Origin: Ensifer sp.
GTDB taxonomy: Bacteria; Pseudomonadota; Alphaproteobacteria; Rhizobiales; Rhizobiaceae
Assembly: GCA_035565055.1 (NCBI GenBank)
Contig: DATMTA010000007.1
Coordinates: 19,349 to 83,348, forward strand
Direction: 5' to 3'
Length of the DNA: 64,000 bases
Below are positions 57,949-64,000 of the stretch, in pieces. The notes under the pieces were generated by a model. The model worked only from the letters and a program-made list of their open reading frames with translations. It did no database searches and was not told the origin of the DNA. A program made the position numbers and the translations under genes. Numbering within the stretch: position 1 is the first letter of the stretch; the number at the start of each line of letters is the position of its first letter.

Positions 57949-58560
57949 ATGAAGCTGTTTGACGGGGGCAAGGCTCCCAATCCGCGCCGCGTCAGGATGT
58001 TCCTGGCCGAGAAAGGCATATCGGTCGAACTCGTGCCGGTCGACATGGGGGCGCTCGGCCACAAGTCGGCTGAGATTGCAGCTCGAAATCCGCTTCAGCG
58101 TCTGCCCGTGCTTGAGCTGGACGATGGGTCCAATCTGTCCGAGTCCATCGCGATCTGCCGCTATTTCGAGGAACTTCACCCCGATCCGCCGCTCTTCGGT
58201 CGCGATGCGCGGGAGAAGGCTTTCGTCGAGATGTGGAACCGCCGTATCGAGCTCGGCTATCTCATGTCGGTGGCGGCAGCGTTCAGGCACATTCATCCCG
58301 CGATGAAGGATTGGGAAGTGCCGCAACTGCCCGAGTGGGGCGAAATCAACAAGCCGAAGGCGATCGAATTCCTGCGTTTCATGGATCGGGAACTGGCAGG
58401 CCGTGCCTTCGTTGTCGGAGATGTGTTCACCGTGGCCGATATCACCATGTTCATTGCCTTCCAGTTCATGAAGCCCGCCCGCATTCAATGCCCACCGGAG
58501 CTTGTGCATGTGCTGCGGTGGTATGAAAACGTAGCCGCCCGTCCGTCCGCGGAGGCTTGA
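57949..58560 (+). CDS. Glutathione S-transferase family protein
   Basis: APNPRRVR, NPLQRLPVLELDDG, SESIAICRY, FTVADIT. Confidence 0.92.
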   Translation: MKLFDGGKAPNPRRVRMFLAEKGISVELVPVDMGALGHKSAEIAARNPLQRLPVLELDDGSNLSESIAICRYFEELHPDPPLFGRDAREKAFVEMWNRRIELGYLMSVAAAFRHIHPAMKDWEVPQLPEWGEINKPKAIEFLRFMDRELAGRAFVVGDVFTVADITMFIAFQFMKPARIQCPPELVHVLRWYENVAARPSAEA

Positions 58561-58569
58561 GGCATCTTA

Positions 58570-59199
58570 TTGAGCGAAACTGACATCCAAGAACTTCTGG
58601 ACCAGATCGCGCTGTGCCGGATCTGTCGTGATGCACCGGCGCGCGGGGAGGCGCATCGCCTGCCGCATGAGCCGCGGCCGGTCGCCGTGCTCTCGTCCAG
58701 GGCCAAAATCCTGATCGCGGGGCAGGCGCCGGGTCTGCGCGTGCACGAAACCGGTCTCACCTTCAACGACGCCTCTGGAAACCGTTTGCGTGACTGGCTG
58801 GGGGTGACACGAGAAGAGTTCTACGACCCCGACAAATTTGCGATCGTGCCGATGGGCTTCTGCTTTCCAGGCTATGACGCGAATGGCGGCGACCTCCCGC
58901 CGCGGAAGGAATGCGCGCCGCACTGGCGCGCAACGGTGATGGCCGCCATGCCGCAGGTCGAGCTGATCCTCGCTGTCGGTCATCATGCCCAGAGCTGGCA
59001 TCTGGGCCGGCATGTCCGGGAAAACATGACCGAGACGGTGCGGCACTGGCGCGACTATCTCGAGCCTACCATGGGCGTTCCCGTTCTGCCGCTGCCGCAT
59101 CCGAGCTGGCGCAACACCGGCTGGATCAAAAGAAACCCGTGGTTTGAGAAAGAGCTGTTACCAGTCCTGAAAGAGCTTGTGCACCGCAAGATAGACTGA
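58570..59199 (+). CDS. Uracil-DNA glycosylase family protein
   Basis: GQAPG, PMGFCFPG..GGDLPPRKEC, PLPHPSWRN. Confidence 0.9.
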   Translation: MSETDIQELLDQIALCRICRDAPARGEAHRLPHEPRPVAVLSSRAKILIAGQAPGLRVHETGLTFNDASGNRLRDWLGVTREEFYDPDKFAIVPMGFCFPGYDANGGDLPPRKECAPHWRATVMAAMPQVELILAVGHHAQSWHLGRHVRENMTETVRHWRDYLEPTMGVPVLPLPHPSWRNTGWIKRNPWFEKELLPVLKELVHRKID

Positions 59200-59345
59200 A
59201 ACAATCGCCCCTTCATTGCCGGATTCGGTCGTTCAGATCGTCCCGGTGCAAGACGCAGTGCGGCATACCGCGCGCGAAGCATAATCCTTTCTTTAGCCGC
59301 TGGTGCTAGCGTCGAGAGGATTGTGCATGTTGAAAGGAAAGACCA

Positions 59346-59834
59346 TTGGACCGTCTCGACCGCAAAATCCTGCGTCTCCTGCAGGAGGATTCGACCCTTG
59401 CCGTCGCGGATATCGCCAAGAAGGTAGGCCTCTCCACGACGCCCTGCTGGCGGCGCATTCAGAAGATGGAAGAAGATGGCGTCATCCAGCGCCAGGTCGC
59501 CGTTCTGGACCCGGTGAAGGTCAACGCCAAGGTCAACGTCTTCGTCTCGATCCGCACCAATGCACATTCGATCGAATGGCTGAAGCGCTTCTCGGAAGTC
59601 ATTGCCGAGTTTCCGGAAGTCGTCGAGTTCTACCGCATGAGCGGCGACGTGGACTATCTGCTGCGCGTTGTCGTGCCCGATATCGCGGCCTATGACGCCT
59701 TCTACAAGCGCATGATCGCCAAGATCGAAATCCGCGATGTCTCCTCGGCCTTCGCGATGGAGCAGATCAAGTACACGACCGAATTGCCGCTCGATTACAT
59801 GTCGCTGGAATCGTCGAAGTCGCAGGACGACTGA
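59346..59834 (+). CDS. Lrp/AsnC family regulator (DecR/YbaO-like)
   Basis: DRKIL, VGLSTTPCWRRIQKME, FYRMSGDVDYLL. Confidence 0.92.
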   Translation: MDRLDRKILRLLQEDSTLAVADIAKKVGLSTTPCWRRIQKMEEDGVIQRQVAVLDPVKVNAKVNVFVSIRTNAHSIEWLKRFSEVIAEFPEVVEFYRMSGDVDYLLRVVVPDIAAYDAFYKRMIAKIEIRDVSSAFAMEQIKYTTELPLDYMSLESSKSQDD

Positions 59835-59854
59835 GCGCCCGGAAGGGATGTCCC

Positions 59855-60544
59855 TCAGGCCCTGCCGTCCGGAAACTTCTTCTCGAACTCGCGCAGGGCG
59901 TTCTTGCCGACCCACCGTTCGGTTCTGTCGGCACTGGCCGCAAGCTCTTCCGCAACAGCCCACGCAGGTCCGCGGCAGGCGTAATTCCGCTTGCCGATCT
60001 GACGTAAAGCCCAGTTCACCGCCTTCCTGACGAAATTGCGCGGGTCGAACGCGGTGCGCTCGATGAGCGGGAGGAAGGCGAGGATATGTGCATCCGGCTC
60101 CTTCTTGAGATGCACCGCGGCCCAGGCCATCATGGAAAAGGCAGTCCTGCGCACGAATTCCCGTTCGTCTGCTGCAAATTCCGGTATCAGAACCGGCCAA
60201 TGCCCGCTTTCGACAAAAAGGTCGGAGACGGTATCAACGATTTCCCAGGAGTTGAAATCTGCAGCCCAGCGACGGGCCTCCTCGAGTGATAGTTTCTTCG
60301 GCTCCGCGGTCATGGAGGCGAGAAGACGCGCCTCGCGCACATTCGTCTGCCACAGTGCCAGCGCTCGGTCGTGATCTTTCTTGATCAGCCGCGCGATCCT
60401 CCGCATCTCGTCCGTGGATATACCCAGCGCAGTGTCCGTCACGATGCCGAAGCGGCTCATGCCTGCGATATTCGCCTCGTTGCGAAGCGATTGCAGGTGG
60501 GTGAGCACCTCGGCGGCACTGGAGCCTCGATCAAGCTCAGTCAT
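59855..60544 (-). CDS. AlkD-like DNA alkylation repair protein
   Basis: FNSWEIVD, EFVRRTAF, DPRNFVRKAVNWALRQIGKRN. Confidence 0.88.
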   Translation of the reverse strand: MTELDRGSSAAEVLTHLQSLRNEANIAGMSRFGIVTDTALGISTDEMRRIARLIKKDHDRALALWQTNVREARLLASMTAEPKKLSLEEARRWAADFNSWEIVDTVSDLFVESGHWPVLIPEFAADEREFVRRTAFSMMAWAAVHLKKEPDAHILAFLPLIERTAFDPRNFVRKAVNWALRQIGKRNYACRGPAWAVAEELAASADRTERWVGKNALREFEKKFPDGRA

Positions 60545-60545
60545 T

Positions 60546-60932
60546 TCACGGTTCCCCGGGGTGGACGTTCAGTCGCAGCGTCTTCCACGCCGGATAATCC
60601 TGCCGAAACCGTGCGGCATTGTCGACACGTGCGCAGGCACTGGCGGCCGACAAGACGGCGGCGGTCGTCGCCGAGAGTTTCGCGTCGCCACCTGGTGGGT
60701 TGCCGAGCTGCGGCGGTCCGTCCAGATTGCCATCGGGACGGAAGTTCAGCAGCAGGCCAACGGCCGGGTAGGGCGGCCCGAAACCCTTTGGTGCTTTGAA
60801 GCACCGCCCGATTGAAGCCTCGACCTCGCGGCTGATGGCTGCGAGCGTATCCTGCGCGGCGGCCCCTGCAGCGGCGCTGGTTAGCAGCGCCGCGACGACA
60901 AGGCCTAGCCGGGCAGGCGGATGAACCTTCAT
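60546..60932 (-). CDS. Small secreted protein resembling a stand-alone TolA/TonB C-terminal domain
   Basis: Signal peptide; RCF..P, LNFRPDGNLDGPPQL, AVLSAASAC, LNVHP. Confidence 0.5.
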   Translation of the reverse strand: MKVHPPARLGLVVAALLTSAAAGAAAQDTLAAISREVEASIGRCFKAPKGFGPPYPAVGLLLNFRPDGNLDGPPQLGNPPGGDAKLSATTAAVLSAASACARVDNAARFRQDYPAWKTLRLNVHPGEP

Positions 60933-61798
60933 TTTTCGAGACGTGCCAGCAGGGAGGACGTGTCCCAGCGATTGCCGCCCATGGCCTGCACATCGCCGTA
61001 GAACTGGTCCACCAGGGCGGTCACCGGAAGTTTGGCGCCATTGCGGCGCGCTTCCGAAAGCACGATGTCGAGATCCTTCCGCATCCAGTCGATGGCGAAG
61101 CCGAAGTCGTAGCGACCCTCGTTCATCGTCTTGTGGCGGTTCTCCATCTGCCAGGAGCCCGCAGCCCCCTTCGAGATGACCTCGATGACCTTCTCGATAT
61201 CGAGGCCGGCGCGCTTGCCGAAATGGATGCCCTCGGCAAGCCCCTGGACGAGGCCTGCGATGCAGATCTGGTTGACCATCTTCGTCAGCTGCCCGGCTCC
61301 GGCCGGGCCCATCAGTCCGACCATGCGTGCATAGGCAGAGATCACCGGCTTCGCCTTTTCGAATGTTGCTTCATCGCCGCCGCACATGACGGTCAGCACA
61401 CCGTTTTCGGCGCCGGCCTGTCCACCGGACACGGGCGCATCGACAAAGCCGAGATCCTTCGCCTTGCAGGCAGCCTCAAGGTCGCGCGCGACTTCCGCGG
61501 ATGCGGTCGTGTTGTCGATGAGGATGGCACCCGGTTTCATGGCAGCGATGCAGCCGTTCTCGCCCAATGTCACCGATCGGAGATCGTCATCATTGCCAAC
61601 GCAGGTGAAAACGAAATCGGCATCGCGCGCGGCTTCTGCCGGTGTCCGAAACGCCGGCCCGCCAAATTGCGCCGCCCAGGCTTCGGCCCTCGCAAAGGTG
61701 CGGTTGTAGACGGCGACGTCGTGCCCGCCCTTGGACTTGAGATGCCCGGCCATGGGAAAACCCATGACGCCGAGACCGATGAACGCGACTTTGGCCAT
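60929..61798 (-). CDS. NAD(P)-dependent oxidoreductase (beta-hydroxyacid dehydrogenase family)
   Basis: FIGLGVMG, DAPVSGG, GQLTKMVNQ, MRKDL. Confidence 0.93.
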   Translation of the reverse strand: MAKVAFIGLGVMGFPMAGHLKSKGGHDVAVYNRTFARAEAWAAQFGGPAFRTPAEAARDADFVFTCVGNDDDLRSVTLGENGCIAAMKPGAILIDNTTASAEVARDLEAACKAKDLGFVDAPVSGGQAGAENGVLTVMCGGDEATFEKAKPVISAYARMVGLMGPAGAGQLTKMVNQICIAGLVQGLAEGIHFGKRAGLDIEKVIEVISKGAAGSWQMENRHKTMNEGRYDFGFAIDWMRKDLDIVLSEARRNGAKLPVTALVDQFYGDVQAMGGNRWDTSSLLARLEK

Positions 61799-61889
61799 GC
61801 GATGCGACTCCGATGCTCATGATGTCAGGCCATTCTTGTAGAGCATCGTGGCGTGAAATCAAATTGCCGGGTGCGCTCCGCGCCTTGCG

Positions 61890-62141
61890 TCATTCGCCCT
61901 GAACGAGCGCGATCCCGCCGCTTTGGGTATCGACGAGCTTCAACCCGCCATCCACCAGCGCCTTACGCAGAAGCGCCGGTGTCGAACGGTGGACGGCATG
62001 GGCATTGGCCTCGTAGTCGCGGACAGTGCCGCGTGACACGGCGGCGCGCTCCGCCAGGTCGGCCTGCGTCCAGTCGAGAAAGGCGCGTCCCGCGCGGCAC
62101 ATTTCAGGTGTCAAAACCGTATTTTTTTCGTCAGCATACAT
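61890..62141 (-). CDS. Small XRE-family HTH regulator
   Basis: LTPEMCRAGRAFLDWTQADLAERAAVSRGTVRDYE. Confidence 0.85.
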   Translation of the reverse strand: MYADEKNTVLTPEMCRAGRAFLDWTQADLAERAAVSRGTVRDYEANAHAVHRSTPALLRKALVDGGLKLVDTQSGGIALVQGE

Positions 62142-62230
62142 CAGGTTGAACTTCGCCGAAAAAATGCCCATATAGGTCGATATCGATCAAATATATCATT
62201 TTATGACGAGAGCGCCAAGAGGAGACGCCC

Positions 62231-64000
62231 ATGCCGCACGCCACGCCCCTCATTTCAACCTTGGTCGGGGGCTTCGTGCTGGCTTTTATCCTCGGTGCAA
62301 TCGCGCATCGTTTCCGTCTGCCGCCGCTGGTCGGCTATCTCGTCGCGGGCATTCTCGTCGGTCCCTACACGCCGGGTTTCGTGGCCGACCAGAACCTTGC
62401 ACCGGAACTTGCCGAGATCGGCGTTATCCTGCTGATGTTCGGCGTCGGCCTGCATTTCTCGCTCAAGGACCTGCTCTCGGTGCGCGTCATCGCGGTCCCC
62501 GGTGCCATCGTGCAGATTGCCTTTGCGACGCTGCTCGGCTGGGGCATGGGGCATCTCATGGGATGGTCCACGGGCGGCAGCCTCGTCTTCGGCCTTGCGC
62601 TCTCGGTTGCATCCACGGTCGTGCTACTCAAGGCGCTGCAGGAGCGCCGCATGGTGGAGACGGCCAAAGGGCGGATTGCGGTCGGCTGGCTGATCGTGGA
62701 AGACCTTGCCATGGTCCTGGCGCTCGTCCTGATCCCCGCGGTGGCGTCCGTCGGAAATGGTGAAAGGCTGGTCGACCCTCTGGCCGTCGCGCTGGTCGAG
62801 ATGAGCGGCTGGGATATCGGGATCGGCGGGCTGATTGCGCTGACCCTGCTGAAGGTCGCGCTGTTCGTCGCGGTCATGCTCGTCTTCGGGCGAAAGGTCA
62901 TTCCTGCAATCCTCCACCGGATCGCCCATACCGGCTCCCGCGAGCTCTTCCGCCTCGGCGTTCTGGCTATCGCGCTTGGCGTTGCCTTCGGCGCCTCGCA
63001 GCTCTTCGGTGTCTCATTGGCGCTCGGAGCCTTCTTTGCCGGCATGGTTTTGTCCGAAAGTGAGCTTTCGCACAGCGCCGCGCGCGAAAGCCTGCCGTTG
63101 CGTGATGCGTTTTCCGTGCTGTTCTTTGTCTCCGTCGGCATGTTGTTCGACCCGACGATCCTGCTGCGCGAGCCGTTGGCAATCCTGGCGACGGTCTTCA
63201 TCATCGTCATCGGCAAGTCTGCGGCCGCCTTCCTCATCGTGATTCTCTTCCGCAAAAGCGTAGCGACAGCACTCACCATTTCGGCGAGCCTGGCGCAGAT
63301 CGGCGAATTCTCCTTCATTCTCGCCGAACTCGGCGTTGGCCTGAAACTGCTGCCTGAAGAGGGGCGTGATTTCATCCTCGCCGGCGCGATCATTTCGATC
63401 GTCCTGAACCCGCTGATGTTCTATCTGACTGAACGGCTGCGCCCGCGCTTCGAGGACGTGGCGGCAAGGCGCTTGGCGCGCAAGACGCCTCAGGTCGAGA
63501 CGGCCGAGCCGGTGGAAGCGGTGGAGCAGACACTGGATGCCGAGGAGGATACGAGGACCCCGGTTCCGCATGACGGCCACTGCGTGCTTGTCGGCTATGG
63601 CCGCGTCGGCCGCATCGTTGCCGCCAACCTGAAGACCGCAAAGATCCCGTTCGTGGTGATCGAGGAGTCGGACCGGCTCGTCAGCGATCTGCACGCCGAC
63701 GGCATCGACGCCATTGCCGGTCACGCAGCCTCCGCAGGCCTGCTGTCGCTGGCGAATATCGCCCGCGCCCGAAGCCTGGTCGTCGCCATTCCCGATGCCT
63801 TCGAGGCCGGCAATATCGTCGAGAGCGCCAAGAAGATGAACAGCCGCCTGCTGGTGATCGCCCGCGCCCATTCGGATGCAGAGGTCGAACACCTCACCGG
63901 TCTTGGCGCCGATACGGTGATCATGGGCGAACGCGAAATCGCCAACGGTATGCTGAAGCGCCTCGACCAGATCCTGCACTCGGAAATGGCAGAACCCGGT
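62231..64000 (+). CDS. ybaL: CPA2 cation:proton antiporter YbaL/RosB type with RCK domain (3' truncated)
   Basis: Read by hand (absent from ORF track): MPHATPLISTLVGG, LAEIGVILLMFGVGLHFSLKDL, RCK VLVGYGRVG; no stop before window end. Confidence 0.88.
   Translation, partial: MPHATPLISTLVGGFVLAFILGAIAHRFRLPPLVGYLVAGILVGPYTPGFVADQNLAPELAEIGVILLMFGVGLHFSLKDLLSVRVIAVPGAIVQIAFATLLGWGMGHLMGWSTGGSLVFGLALSVASTVVLLKALQERRMVETAKGRIAVGWLIVEDLAMVLALVLIPAVASVGNGERLVDPLAVALVEMSGWDIGIGGLIALTLLKVALFVAVMLVFGRKVIPAILHRIAHTGSRELFRLGVLAIALGVAFGASQLFGVSLALGAFFAGMVLSESELSHSAARESLPLRDAFSVLFFVSVGMLFDPTILLREPLAILATVFIIVIGKSAAAFLIVILFRKSVATALTISASLAQIGEFSFILAELGVGLKLLPEEGRDFILAGAIISIVLNPLMFYLTERLRPRFEDVAARRLARKTPQVETAEPVEAVEQTLDAEEDTRTPVPHDGHCVLVGYGRVGRIVAANLKTAKIPFVVIEESDRLVSDLHADGIDAIAGHAASAGLLSLANIARARSLVVAIPDAFEAGNIVESAKKMNSRLLVIARAHSDAEVEHLTGLGADTVIMGEREIANGMLKRLDQILHSEMAEPG

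Overview
Syntenic core chromosome of a GC-rich Rhizobiaceae-like alphaproteobacterium with small accessory genes interspersed. Order: end of an Mla/MCE-type ABC lipid transporter operon; convergent GT28 glycolipid-synthase-like gene; glyA-nrdR-ribD-ribE-(inserted secreted protein)-ribH-nusB; MFS; hppA; bamE; Cbp3-like/DUF177/plsX/fabH/ihfA/MerR/tRNA-Pro(GGG); complete uppABCDEF-type unipolar polysaccharide cluster; ctaA; small accessory genes; argC; orphan mini flagellar-rod-like gene; sulfotransferase-like gene; rpsI-rplM; regulator-effector pairs (WYL-GST, MarR-MFS, LysR-cidA/lrgB); metY; P450; Cbg1-like GH3 beta-glucosidase; extensin-like lipoprotein; cobS/cobT; dgkA; PdhS2-like kinase; UDG, Lrp, AlkD; partial YbaL antiporter. 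I saw no IS, integrase, prophage, CRISPR, rRNA or large defence island. The most promising signals are small and regulatory: a structured sRNA candidate (~52.72-52.84 kb), a Pho-box-like site before the GT28 gene, an orphan 109-aa FlgC-like protein, a perfect FNR/FixK box before a Cys-motif DUF6455-like gene, and canonical EcfG promoters before uncharacterised small genes. All family calls come from motif reading and recollection, not database searches. Start codons were refined by eye and may be off by a few codons.
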